This document shows, piece by piece, positions 1 to 9,733 of a stretch of DNA of 64,000 bases (positions are counted from its first letter, which is position 1; each line of letters starts with the position of its first letter). The notes beneath the pieces are model-generated. The model saw nothing but the letters and a program-made list of their open reading frames with translations. It was not told the origin of the DNA and searched no databases. Origin of the DNA: Chlamydiia bacterium (GTDB taxonomy: Bacteria; Chlamydiota; Chlamydiia; Chlamydiales; Rhabdochlamydiaceae); assembly GCA_963804085.1 (NCBI GenBank), contig CAWDOQ010000004.1, positions 1 through 64,000 of the forward strand. The letters are read 5' to 3'. Position numbers and translations under genes: made by a program.

Positions 1-28
1 AGACAATATTAACAATTAAATCGGTTGT

Positions 29-800
29 ATGAATAAAATATTATTATTTAATGCTTTAACGATCGTTACTAGTCTTTGTCTATATAGCGGAGAGACCAAG
101 CAAGGCGAAGAACTCAAGCGGATATGATATCAACCTTTCGAAAAAATCCGAATTTCATTTACTTTGGTCCTGAAGTTTTTTGCCTAGATTTGAATAGCCA
201 TTTTAATGGTGTAAGAGTTGACGGTGCTAAATTTTTTCTAGGTTTGAAAGTCGGATATGAGTACTTAAAACCCGATGCCTTTTATTTCGGAATAGACGTT
301 CTCCTTGCTGGTGCAAATAAAATTCCATGAATCGTTTCAGGGGGTAAACTTTCCTCAAAGTAATGGATTAACCGGTTTTGGCGATTTGGAACTGCGGTTT
401 GGATATACTGTTTCTACATCTCGATGGTTAACAACGCCCTTTGCATGCATTGGAGGATATAGTTTTGGTAGCGGAACTCATCATCATTACTTCAGTGCAG
501 GAGCATCCTATCTAGGAATACGGAGTGCATTCTCGATATGAAGTTTCGCGAACCTTTAACTTAGGCGTAAATTTTAAGGTATTTAGTTCATTTGACAGAG
601 AGGAAAAATGGAGATTTTTGGGATTGAAACGAGTCACTCATAATGGTTTATGGGGAGGGGAAATTGGGATCCCTTTGATTTGGAGAGTTGGTTCTAAGAA
701 GAGATGGGATATCCAGCTTGAACCCTATTTCTTCAAGCTTAACTTTGCAGAGGTTCAAAACATTTATGGAACTCGTCTAATATTTGGGTATCGGTTTTAG
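29..800 (+). pseudogene. Outer-membrane beta-barrel protein, split by about 3 frameshifts (pseudogene or sequencing error)
   Basis: ATG at 29 gives signal-peptide-like MNKILLFNALTIVTSLCLYSG. Fragments 124-330, 305-541 and 525-800 are aromatic/Gly-rich amphipathic strands ending in the OMP signature FGYRF. Confidence 0.7.
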
Positions 801-1070
801 AAAATGACACTGGATGACCCCTAGGGGTATAAAATGGCAGTCGGTCGCCTAAATGCTGCACTTTTGCTGCAGTTGCCTGCAAAACTACACAAAACTTCAC
901 CAACTTGCACATTGAATCAAATTCCCTAATTCCTTAAGCTTTGTACTGTTACACGTTATGGATTGCTGTGGAATGCGGTAATTGTTAAGACTGTTAATCC
1001 ATTGGTCGTATGTTCGAATCATACACCCGGAGTTTCTTTCTTATTTCCATTCACTTCTGGATTGGATTTT

Positions 1071-1643
1071 ATGGACGCAACTGGCGTAGCTTCTATTATC
1101 TTTGCCTTGACTAACGTTGCGGATATTTATATCAAGCATAGAGGCAAAAAAAATATTGCAAATTGTCCTCAAGTTGCTAAAAATCATCTTTTTCTATTAG
1201 ATGGACTGCTTGAGAATTTAAATATTCTTAAAACAGGTTTGCTTTATGGGGGGAAGTTTTGTCCGCTGATTGAACACCAATACCCTGTCCTTTCAGAATC
1301 GGGTGAAAATGCAGACTATTCCTATTCAGAAAGAGTGCATTATTTTTTGATTGTAGGTAGAAAAATTATTAAAAGTTGTCGAGAGATTATTTGCCTTACT
1401 CCTAAAAAGGATTTGCCAGAAATTAAAAATAAACTCAAAGAACTTAAATATTTTTTAACAAAAAATGAGCCAGGCAAAAAAGAAGAGCTCCATCAGATAG
1501 GTTGTGCGCTTTTGAATGCAATAGCAGGGACGGGACATGATTCATCCTCTGATTATATTCAATGTTCTGAACAGCTTTCTAAATACTATGTCGATTTAGA
1601 TGAATTAATGGAACAGGAATTGCCTCCATTGAGTGAATCATAA
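1071..1643 (+). CDS. Hypothetical protein
   Basis: Long AT-rich ORF. ATG at 1071 preferred over the TTG at 963. Confidence 0.6.
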   Translation: MDATGVASIIFALTNVADIYIKHRGKKNIANCPQVAKNHLFLLDGLLENLNILKTGLLYGGKFCPLIEHQYPVLSESGENADYSYSERVHYFLIVGRKIIKSCREIICLTPKKDLPEIKNKLKELKYFLTKNEPGKKEELHQIGCALLNAIAGTGHDSSSDYIQCSEQLSKYYVDLDELMEQELPPLSES

Positions 1644-1744
1644 TTTGGCTATTTGTACTATGCGCCGATGGCAACGCCTTTAGACGGAAGGCTTTTGCAA
1701 CAGGTGTCTTCACTGGTCACAAAGCCGCCCACTTCGAATTTAAA

Positions 1745-1817
1745 TATACTCCGTCCGGTTCAATCGCCTATGTTTCGGCTGCGCCAAAACATAGGCGCTT
1801 GAATCGGACGGGGTATA
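1745..1817. repeat. 73-bp imperfect palindrome (REP-like or terminator)
   Basis: tatactccgtccggttcaatcgcctatgttt ... aaacataggcgcttgaatcggacggggtata. The 31-bp arms differ at 3 positions; lies between convergent genes. Confidence 0.85.
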
Positions 1818-1833
1818 GAATATCTAACCTTAG

Positions 1834-2226
1834 TTAGGCTTTGGATTTAACCTTTCTTCGTTTCACTTTGGGTTTAATATTTTTTTGTCGTGTGGCAGGT
1901 TTTTTAAGTTTCATTACGCCTTTTTTAATGGACTTGGATATAGGGTGTTGTGTGAACACTTTGATTTCCACATCGCAGCCGAGTAACGTAAGATAATTCA
2001 TCAATGTGTCATTGCTGAAATCGTTGATTTTACCTGACATAAGAGCTGAAACCTTTGGCGCGGTGATCCCAAGGATAGCAGCGATTTGCTTTTGAGGAAG
2101 GTTACTGTTTCGGATAATTTTAACCACTTCTGACATCAGATCAGAGCGTATTTTCATTTCTTCAGAATCTGTCAGGCCAAGGTCGGCAAAAACGTTATCT
2201 CTGCTTACGAAGACTTTTTCTTTCAT
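1834..2226 (-). CDS. XRE-family HTH antitoxin (HigA-like)
   Basis: NVFADLG N-terminus and HTH QKQIAAILGITAPKVSALMSGK. Overlaps the toxin gene by 4 bp. Confidence 0.85.
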   Translation of the reverse strand: MKEKVFVSRDNVFADLGLTDSEEMKIRSDLMSEVVKIIRNSNLPQKQIAAILGITAPKVSALMSGKINDFSNDTLMNYLTLLGCDVEIKVFTQHPISKSIKKGVMKLKKPATRQKNIKPKVKRRKVKSKA

Positions 2227-2597
2227 TTTTCCCTCTTGAACTCATGATATTCAGCTCTGGCTTGTTTAAGCCTTTTAAGAACCAATTCAATGTCTTGTTT
2301 TGTTGTAGCAATACCCGACTTGCTTTTCTTTTGGAACACATGTAGCACAGCTATTGCATCTTCAAATTCGACTGTGTACACAGTCCTAAAAGTTCCCCCT
2401 CTCGCATAGGCGGTAATCTCTAAAATTCCTGTTTCTTCAAGATGCTTTAGAGGTTTGATATTACCGGGGTCTCTTCTTTTCTGGATCTCTCTCAATGAGT
2501 GACCAAACTCCTTTTTTACTTCTTCGGGCATGTCCTTCATGTCTTTCAGAGATGAAGCTATCCACAGAATTGGTCTCACTGGATGATGATCTTTCAT
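2223..2597 (-). CDS. Type II toxin, RelE/ParE (Gp49/HigB-like) family
   Basis: GTFRTVYTVEFEDAIAVLHVFQKKSKSGIAT motif. Toxin gene lies upstream of the HTH antitoxin. Confidence 0.88.
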   Translation of the reverse strand: MKDHHPVRPILWIASSLKDMKDMPEEVKKEFGHSLREIQKRRDPGNIKPLKHLEETGILEITAYARGGTFRTVYTVEFEDAIAVLHVFQKKSKSGIATTKQDIELVLKRLKQARAEYHEFKREK

Positions 2598-2607
2598 GTC
2601 TCATATT

Positions 2608-2625
2608 ATTACCAATATTGGTAAT
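2608..2625. promoter_or_regulatory. Perfect 18-bp palindrome, probable TA autoregulatory operator
   Basis: attaccaatattggtaat, 10 bp upstream of the toxin start codon. Confidence 0.6.
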
Positions 2626-2758
2626 TTTTGTAATCTGTAAATATTTTTTATCTGGCGTGTTGAATATCATAAAATTGTAAATATTTGGTGAACTCCGTTG
2701 AGGGGGGCTAAGGATTTGGCAATTTCGAATTGCCGAATTGCAAGCGTGACCCTGATTA

Positions 2759-2805
2759 TATAGTGCTTCCACCTCAATGGGTGCCATTGAGGTGGAAGCA
2801 CTATA
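2759..2805. repeat. Perfect hairpin with 22-bp arms overlapping the monooxygenase stop codon
   Basis: tatagtgcttccacctcaatgg-gtg-ccattgaggtggaagcactata. Confidence 0.85.
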
Positions 2806-5677
2806 GATTGTTACCTCGTAAAGACCGTCCTTTAGGTTCATAACCTTCACGTAACACCTCTTTGGAGTGTAGAAGTTCCACTGCCTCAGCTGAATCCTTC
2901 ACCTTAGAAGCACTCCGTGCTAACATTTCTTCTTCAAATTTAGTGAGTACAGTTTCTCTCACTCCGGTTTCTCTCCATTTAGAGAAGGGAGTACATGCTA
3001 TTGAAATGTTACGAGCCAGTGCCAGCGCATCCAACAGAGCCTGATTTGCACCTTGTCCTTTAAATGGACTCATAGGGTGAGCTGCATCTCCAATTAAAGT
3101 AACTACCCCAGCTTTTTCCAATAATTCCGACTTGAGTAATTCTCGGTCGTAGACGGGATAACCTGAAATTTGTGCCGGAAGGGTTGCTGATAAAATTTGA
3201 GGAATAGGCTTATGCCACTGTGCTCTGCGACACGCTTCTTCTTTAAGTGCCTGAGCTCCTAGTGCACTCAAGGCCTTAGCTTCTTCTTCGAGCATGCGGA
3301 AACTAAGTTGCCACATTACCGAGTCCAACGAGTAAGGCATGACGTAGATTCGCTCATGGCCATTGACAGTTTGAAACACGGTGGCTGAGTCGAGCAAAGA
3401 ACTCTCAACACCCTTAAGAGCCTCTAAAGAACAAATACCCAAAATCACCACATAACCCAGGTAACGTAAAGGGGTAATATCCTCACCAATCAACAAGCTG
3501 CGCACAACGCTACGAATACCATCGGCACCCACCACCAAATCTGCCTGGACATTCTTCACCTCTCCGTTAACTTGAAAGCTTAGCTCAGCACTTTTATCTG
3601 CAGATTGTTTAAAACCAACTAAGCGGTGCCCCCACTGCACGGCATCACGCCTGCCCAACTGTTGAAGCAACGCTAAGCGCAGGGCCTGTCGCGGGATATG
3701 CACGTTTCTACGCTTTGGAAACTTTTTAATGTTTGAATGCGTCCTCACTCCCCATTCAGTAATTTCTTTTCCTTCTGTAGTATGCACTACATGGCGTGTA
3801 GAATTACCCCCGCCTTTTAAATAGAAAAGACCCAATCCTTGAATGGCGTTACTCGCTTGTTGCAAGGTAAGTCCGTAACCCTGAGCTCGTGCATCGAAGC
3901 TGCTATCACGCTCATAAAGGGTAAATGGAATGCCACGATGCAAACAAGCTACAGCAAGCGCCACGCCTCCTATACCTGCACCAATGATTGCTACATGTGG
4001 ATAGTTTTCTACATCTGCTAGGGGATGAGCAGAAGCAGGAATCAAGCCAGATCCACTGCAATTATCGCATAAATATTGAGTAACCTTAGGGCGAACCGAG
4101 GCCCTTCCCTGACCTTTAGCTTTTTCAAATTCATGAACTGCTATTTGGAAGCGAAGTCTCGATTTCTTGCCAACCTTAGAATTTTTTCTGCCGCGTCCAT
4201 AACATTTCGGACAAATAGTCCAGTAAGCCTCTTTATTTTCCACTTTTTTCAATAAAGGCCGTCCTTTAGGTCCAGCACCTTCACGAAGTACTGCTTTGGA
4301 ATGTAGAAATTCCACTGCCTCAGCTGAATCCTTCACTTTAGAAGCACTACGTGCTAACATTTCTTCTTCAAATCCAGTTAGTGCAATTTCTCTCACTCCG
4401 GTTTCTCTCCATTTAGACAAGGCGGTACATGCTATTGAAATATTACGAGCCAGTGCAAGTGCATCCAACAGAGCCTGATTTGCACCTTGTCCTTTAAATG
4501 GACTCATAGGGTGAGCTGCATCTCCAATCAAGGTAACTGCCCCAGCTTTTTCCAATAATTCCGACTTGAGTAATTCCCGGTCGTACACGGGATAACCAGA
4601 AATTTGTGCCGGCAGGGTTGCTGATAAAATTTGAGGAATGGGCTTATGCCACTGTGTTCTACGACACGCTTCTTCTTTAAGTGCCTGAGCTCCTCGTGCA
4701 CTCAAGGCCTTAGCTTCTTCTTCGGGCATGGGGAAACTAAGTTGCCACATTACCGAATCTAACGAGTAAGGCATCATGTAGATTCGCTCATGGCCATTGA
4801 CGGTTTGAAACACGGTGGCTGAGTCGAGCAAAGAACTCTCAACACCCTTAAGAGCCTCTAAAGAACAAATACCCAAAATCACGATATAACCCAGGTAGCG
4901 TAAAGGAGTAATATCCTCACCAATCAACAAGCTGCGCACAACGCTACGAATACCATCGGCACCCACCACCAAATCTGCCTTAACATTCTTCATCCCACTG
5001 TTAACTTGAAAGCTTAGATCAACACTTTTATCTTCACATTGTTTAAAACCAACTAAGCGGTGCCCCCACTGCACGGCATCATGCTCGCCTAATTGCTCAA
5101 GCAACGCTAGACGCAAGGCTTGCCTCGGGATATGCACATTTTTACGCTTTGGAGACTTTTTAATGTTTGAATGCGTCCTCACTCCCCATTCACTAATTTC
5201 TTTTCCTTCTGTAGTATGCACCACATGGCGTGTAGAATTACCCCCATCTTTTAAAGAGAAAAGACCCAATCCTTTTATTGCGTTACTTGCTTGTTGCAAG
5301 GTAAGTCCGTAGCCCTGAGCTCGTGCATCGAAGCTGCTATCGCGCTCATAAAGGGTAAATGGAATGCCACGATGCAAACAAGCTACAGCCAGCGCCACGC
5401 CTCCTATGCCTGCACCAATAATTGCTACATGTGGATAGTTTTCTGAATCTGCTATGGGATGACTAGAAGCAGGAATCAAACCAGATCCACTGCAATTATC
5501 GCATAAATATTGAGTAACCTTAGGGCGAACCGAAGCCTTTCCCTCACCCTGAGTTTTTTCAAATTCATTAATTGCTATTTGGAAGCGAAGTCTCGATTTC
5601 TTGCGAAGCCTATAGTTTTTTTTGCCGCGTCCATAACATTTCGGACAAATAGTCCAGTAAGCCTCTTTATTTTCCAC
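2801..5677 (-). CDS. FAD-dependent monooxygenase (UbiH/salicylate hydroxylase-like) with N-terminal CxxCxGxG zinc finger; two complete units fused in frame
   Basis: GAGIGG, GADG and GDAAHPMSPFKGQGAN motifs each occur twice with a 1434-bp offset. Probable GTG start at 5677 after an AAGGAG RBS. Confidence 0.9.
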   Translation of the reverse strand: MENKEAYWTICPKCYGRGKKNYRLRKKSRLRFQIAINEFEKTQGEGKASVRPKVTQYLCDNCSGSGLIPASSHPIADSENYPHVAIIGAGIGGVALAVACLHRGIPFTLYERDSSFDARAQGYGLTLQQASNAIKGLGLFSLKDGGNSTRHVVHTTEGKEISEWGVRTHSNIKKSPKRKNVHIPRQALRLALLEQLGEHDAVQWGHRLVGFKQCEDKSVDLSFQVNSGMKNVKADLVVGADGIRSVVRSLLIGEDITPLRYLGYIVILGICSLEALKGVESSLLDSATVFQTVNGHERIYMMPYSLDSVMWQLSFPMPEEEAKALSARGAQALKEEACRRTQWHKPIPQILSATLPAQISGYPVYDRELLKSELLEKAGAVTLIGDAAHPMSPFKGQGANQALLDALALARNISIACTALSKWRETGVREIALTGFEEEMLARSASKVKDSAEAVEFLHSKAVLREGAGPKGRPLLKKVENKEAYWTICPKCYGRGRKNSKVGKKSRLRFQIAVHEFEKAKGQGRASVRPKVTQYLCDNCSGSGLIPASAHPLADVENYPHVAIIGAGIGGVALAVACLHRGIPFTLYERDSSFDARAQGYGLTLQQASNAIQGLGLFYLKGGGNSTRHVVHTTEGKEITEWGVRTHSNIKKFPKRRNVHIPRQALRLALLQQLGRRDAVQWGHRLVGFKQSADKSAELSFQVNGEVKNVQADLVVGADGIRSVVRSLLIGEDITPLRYLGYVVILGICSLEALKGVESSLLDSATVFQTVNGHERIYVMPYSLDSVMWQLSFRMLEEEAKALSALGAQALKEEACRRAQWHKPIPQILSATLPAQISGYPVYDRELLKSELLEKAGVVTLIGDAAHPMSPFKGQGANQALLDALALARNISIACTPFSKWRETGVRETVLTKFEEEMLARSASKVKDSAEAVELLHSKEVLREGYEPKGRSLRGNNL

Positions 5678-5691
5678 TTTTTTCAATCTCC

Positions 5692-5729
5692 TTTGAAGAA
5701 CTCCTGCGTTAACGCGGGAGTTCTTCAAA
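5692..5729. repeat. 38-bp near-perfect palindrome just upstream of the monooxygenase
   Basis: tttgaagaactcctgcgttaacgcgggagttcttcaaa. Confidence 0.85.
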
Positions 5730-5863
5730 CTGCAGTGCGTACTGGTACTGCGCTTGTTTTTGCTCGTGATGGTAAGATTGTTGAAGTCAAACCACCTTAT
5801 CGATATGAACTAGTCCCGATCAAGCCTACGGCAAAAAAAAAAGAAGCAACGAAAAAGAGTTAA
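5730..5863 (+). pseudogene. 5'-truncated remnant of a small basic protein
   Basis: Protein-like TAVRTGTALVFARDGKIVEVKPPYRYELVPIK...stop begins right at the palindrome with no start codon. Confidence 0.4.
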
Positions 5864-5977
5864 ACTCTCGAGCAGATAAGTTTATCCTTTCGATCCGAGA
5901 GGATTAAGCTCCGAGATCTTCGCTCACTTATCTCCCTTTCAGTTGTCCAAGAGGAGCATATTATGCTCTCAGAGAAT

Positions 5978-5999
5978 TTGGGCAGCAGCTGCTGCCCAA
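5978..5999. terminator. Perfect 22-bp palindrome downstream of higA, possible terminator
   Basis: ttgggcagcagctgctgcccaa. Confidence 0.5.
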
Positions 6000-6015
6000 T
6001 TTACATCTGAAAGAA

Positions 6016-6351
6016 CTAAGCGAATGCTCTTGTGATCCCAATATTTTGCCTGGTTGGAAGAATCACACCATTTTTAAGAATGGGGTTAACATGAACATGC
6101 TCGTGTTCTTCAATCCACAAATCGTAATTTTGCTGTAAGTTAAGCCATAGCTGAGGAGTTGTGTCTAATGCTTCGGCCAGAGAAAGAGCAATCGCAGGAG
6201 TAACACTCGCCTCGCCAGCCCTGATCTTGTACAAGGTATTTCGGGCTATGCCCAATCTATCTGCAAATTTTTGCAAATTTAGATTAAGCGGCTTAATGTA
6301 AAGCTCATTAAGGATTTCTCCAGGATGAGAAGGCTTCGGTTTTTTAGTCAT
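6016..6351 (-). CDS. higA: HigA-family addiction module antitoxin (orphan)
   Basis: HPGEIL...WLNLQQNYDLW signature. Confidence 0.9.
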   Translation of the reverse strand: MTKKPKPSHPGEILNELYIKPLNLNLQKFADRLGIARNTLYKIRAGEASVTPAIALSLAEALDTTPQLWLNLQQNYDLWIEEHEHVHVNPILKNGVILPTRQNIGITRAFA

Positions 6352-6471
6352 TGTTTCCCCTGATTGTAATGTATAAGGTTACATTCATCAATTGAATTTT
6401 TTTGGACTGCCCAATATGTTAATATTCATCCTATTCGAAGGTGGATGTAAATTGTTGAATCAAAGCACGAT

Positions 6472-6523
6472 AACGCATTTTCTGCACGATAACATTGCAA
6501 TGTTATCGTGCGGAAAATGCGTT
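6472..6523. repeat. 52-bp palindrome with one mismatch
   Basis: aacgcattttctgcacgataacattg|caatgttatcgtgcggaaaatgcgtt. Confidence 0.85.
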
Positions 6524-6612
6524 CAAGACACCTTTAATAATGCTGTAATTTGGTGCTTTGGGTTGAAAGATCTGTCCTTGCTTTTTTTGGTTTTCCGCTC
6601 TAAATTGGGCGG

Positions 6613-7182
6613 ATGGCTAAGAGATGTATTCAAAAAATACTAGAACGAATAGTCATTTCTCTGTGCGTTATTCTATGCATGCAACTACCCTTTTTTATCA
6701 CTCAATATACCCATCAGTTGAGAGGGCATGTAGATGAACTTGAGTGGCAAGTGAAGCAGATGGAAAAGTCAGCTTCACATTCTCGTAAAAATCTGGATCA
6801 GTATATCTCAAAATTCACGAAAAACTCTGATGATGATTTTGCAAATCAGGGAATAATGATGCGCGCTATTGTGCATCGTTTTGAAAAATTGTCGCACGCA
6901 TGGATGCAACTGAAAAACAGCTCCCTTTTTACTCGCCCTTTTGTTTTTTTTCGTTATGTCCAATTAGATATTTTTTCTGCGACATTCAATGATTTCAAAA
7001 TGGGAATTTCATTTACATTGGAATCCATTGTTTTTGGATTGATTGGGATATTCATTGGGTCTGGATTATGCTCATTGGCAACGCTCCCTTTTAATCGAAA
7101 GAAAAAACAGATTCTGCATTCCCTTCTAGGGAGGGCAGAGAGCTGCATCGGGACAGGATTGGACGGGGGTGATCGTGCCTAG
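6613..7182 (+). CDS. DUF2937-like membrane protein
   Basis: QLPFFITQYTHQLRGHVDEL motif with N- and C-terminal TM segments. Confidence 0.7.
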   Translation: MAKRCIQKILERIVISLCVILCMQLPFFITQYTHQLRGHVDELEWQVKQMEKSASHSRKNLDQYISKFTKNSDDDFANQGIMMRAIVHRFEKLSHAWMQLKNSSLFTRPFVFFRYVQLDIFSATFNDFKMGISFTLESIVFGLIGIFIGSGLCSLATLPFNRKKKQILHSLLGRAESCIGTGLDGGDRA

Positions 7183-9585
7183 GGGAATGATTGTGCCTAC
7201 GTTAACTGTGTCTACATCGCATGGGCTTAAGTTGAACACTCCGGTAGAATTGCCCAGATGATAATCGCTGCTGCTGTTACCGGTAAGAGTTAGGCAGGCG
7301 GTAGGGGTAGTTAGGCCCGAGTTGATGAATACGGCTACGCCACTATTACCGGCTAACGAATTGTTAGTAACAGATCCTTCAAAGCTTGTGTATTGTTCTA
7401 TGTCAAGGCCTGAGGCAGCGTTAGAGGAGAGGTTTTGACAGTTTGTGATCGTATTATCTGAAACATTCAATGTAAAAGAGCTGATTCCGTTAGGGGCAAA
7501 GCTAATAATCCCTGTTCCTTCGCATGCGTTAATTTCGTTATTCAATATGGTTAAGTCAAGATTTGAGAAGTCTTGGTTTATAGCAATTCCGTTTGATGTG
7601 TTCCCAATATCTGCGATGGTGTTGTTGTTGATTGTTATGTTGCCGGCCGAAGTCAATGTAGCACTGATTACAGCGATTCCATTATCGCCGCATGATGAAA
7701 TTGTGTTGTCTGTTGCCTCAAGTGTCAAAGTGTTGACCGGAGTCGCAAGGACTAGGGCGGAACCTCCAATATTGGACATGGTGTTTGAAGATGCTGTGAT
7801 GTCAAGAGTTGTAAATGCACCCGATGTGTGCAGGTAAAGAGCATTCGAGGTGTTGCCGGAGAATGTGTTGCCATTTAACACGATTGAGCAACTATCGGTA
7901 GTTCCCGTTGGAAGGATAACAATGCTCGATCCCAAGCTTGATTGAGATCCTGTTCCGTTATTTGTAATCGTGTTGTTGAACACGCTGATATTGGCGCTCG
8001 CGACATTAGTGAGGTCACATCGGATGCTGCCGGTTGTGTTGCCGTTAAAGACGTTATTCTCGATCTGGGCAGTGAGGAGATTGCTGGTTGCCGCTATCTC
8101 CAGAGGAACGCTGGAGATAGATGTTTGGCCTTCAAACGTATTATCCGAACAGAGAAGGGAAGATGTCCCATTAAGGGTTAAAAAGATTCCGTTGACGTTA
8201 TTCACAAACTGATTGTTCGTTAAGGCAATGGCGGCATTACCGGGAAAGGAGGCTTCGATTGCATAAGTAGTGGTATTTGTGAAGGTGCAAGAAGAGACTT
8301 GTAAGCTTTGAGGATCGGTTCCAAAGATGGCATCATTCATTGCAGACGTAATGGTAAAACCGCTGATGGCGTTATTAGTGGCCAGGGTGATCGCATTGCC
8401 TTCTGTATCGATATTGGTATTCGTAATTGTGGGAGAGGAGCTGCTTTGCGCGGGGATGGAGATCGTCCCTTGACTCGTTTGTATTATGTGGCTAACACCA
8501 GAGCCCCAAAACTTCTGATCTGCTTTTAAAGAGATTCCTGAATCCATTCCTCTAGTAGTCCCATCGCCGGGGAATACGTAGATGATGTTGTTCGGAGAGG
8601 AGTTGTCCTGTGCTTGGGCTAGGCTATGATAAGGACTTTCGTAGGTGCCGTTAGAGCTGCTGGTATTGTCGACGAACACAAAGAAGTAGGGGAGTCCTGT
8701 GGCAGGATCAATGGCGACGGCTTTTTTTCTGACCTTGTCAATAACGATGATCTCTTGTCTACCCACTGGCTGCAACATTCTGTCATTTAGCGTATTTGAT
8801 GTTTTGCAAGTGCGCCCCTTTTCTTTGACCTTTGATTTAGGGCCAAAAGAGAAGTTTAAGGAGATCTGTCCCTGGAATTTATTGTGGAAAGTTCTGTCAT
8901 AGGAGTCGCTGATTTCTAGAGTTAAAATGTCTTTGAAGACACCGGCGATTCTTGCTTTTCCACCCCAGGTGGCAGGAGCCTTTTTGCCTATGAAATAGTA
9001 AGGGCCCGCTGCTGCATAGAAATCAAATGATTTAGATTTTCCAAAGTGAAAGCCAAATTCTGCATCGGATCCTTTCATCGCAGACTGATACTTTTGCGAT
9101 ACAAGCATGTGATTGCCGGAAAAAGCCTTAAACGCAGAGTGATAGGGACCGCTGGTCTTTGCTCCGACAGGTAAATAGCCGTTTATCCGAAAATCAAATA
9201 GCTTTCCGAGGGTTTCAAGGCCAACTCCAATTTGATTCGAGTTAAAGCGGCTTGTATTTCTATAGTCGTAGTAAGTGTTTATGCCGTAAGCGCGGTTTCC
9301 CCATAGAGCTCTTAGTCCAACGCCTGCGTTGGCCGCCCATTTTCCATTATCAAAAAGGTGGCCTCTTGCATCCAAAAAAGGAGTGACTTTCCATTGACTT
9401 GGATCTTGTGAGAGAAACATTTCGAGAGTCGTATATCCATCTTCATAGCCGATACCGCCACTTTCAATGTGGCGGATGGTTGTTCGATAGTGTCGTTTGC
9501 CATTAGCGCAGTTCCTCTCTTCTTTGTGAGCATCTGCAAAACCGCTCAGCGGAAGAATTACTGCAAAAAAAACAAGACGGGACAT
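7126..9585 (-). CDS. Inverse-autotransporter-like beta-barrel protein with right-handed beta-helix passenger (adhesin)
   Basis: Signal peptide; GINTYYDYR..QIGVGLE..DFRINGYLP barrel; GTYESPY motif; Asn/Thr/Ser-rich parallel beta-helix repeats. Confidence 0.8.
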   Translation of the reverse strand: MSRLVFFAVILPLSGFADAHKEERNCANGKRHYRTTIRHIESGGIGYEDGYTTLEMFLSQDPSQWKVTPFLDARGHLFDNGKWAANAGVGLRALWGNRAYGINTYYDYRNTSRFNSNQIGVGLETLGKLFDFRINGYLPVGAKTSGPYHSAFKAFSGNHMLVSQKYQSAMKGSDAEFGFHFGKSKSFDFYAAAGPYYFIGKKAPATWGGKARIAGVFKDILTLEISDSYDRTFHNKFQGQISLNFSFGPKSKVKEKGRTCKTSNTLNDRMLQPVGRQEIIVIDKVRKKAVAIDPATGLPYFFVFVDNTSSSNGTYESPYHSLAQAQDNSSPNNIIYVFPGDGTTRGMDSGISLKADQKFWGSGVSHIIQTSQGTISIPAQSSSSPTITNTNIDTEGNAITLATNNAISGFTITSAMNDAIFGTDPQSLQVSSCTFTNTTTYAIEASFPGNAAIALTNNQFVNNVNGIFLTLNGTSSLLCSDNTFEGQTSISSVPLEIAATSNLLTAQIENNVFNGNTTGSIRCDLTNVASANISVFNNTITNNGTGSQSSLGSSIVILPTGTTDSCSIVLNGNTFSGNTSNALYLHTSGAFTTLDITASSNTMSNIGGSALVLATPVNTLTLEATDNTISSCGDNGIAVISATLTSAGNITINNNTIADIGNTSNGIAINQDFSNLDLTILNNEINACEGTGIISFAPNGISSFTLNVSDNTITNCQNLSSNAASGLDIEQYTSFEGSVTNNSLAGNSGVAVFINSGLTTPTACLTLTGNSSSDYHLGNSTGVFNLSPCDVDTVNVGTIIPLGTITPVQSCPDAALCPP

Positions 9586-9733
9586 ACATACCTTTAGAAA
9601 AACTATTTTTGGTTTTATCTGATAGAGTCGTTGAAATCAAATTTTTTAAATTCTTCCCGCGCTCTTTGAACAGACACATTGGGAAAGACATCAAATGTTG
9701 ACAATACGCTTACCTGCTGTGTATAGGTGGATT

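Noticed and set aside
2461-2850. 129-aa minus-strand ORF bridging the monooxygenase and toxin
   Set aside because: Overlaps both genes out of frame and crosses a hairpin and the operator; likely spurious.
1745-6523. Integron cassette array
   Set aside because: No integrase, and the palindromes lack properly spaced RYYYAAC/GTTRRRY attC ends.
6392-6643. 83-aa ORF upstream of DUF2937 as a toxin gene
   Set aside because: Wrong strand for higA pairing, spans a palindrome, and has no RelE-like features.
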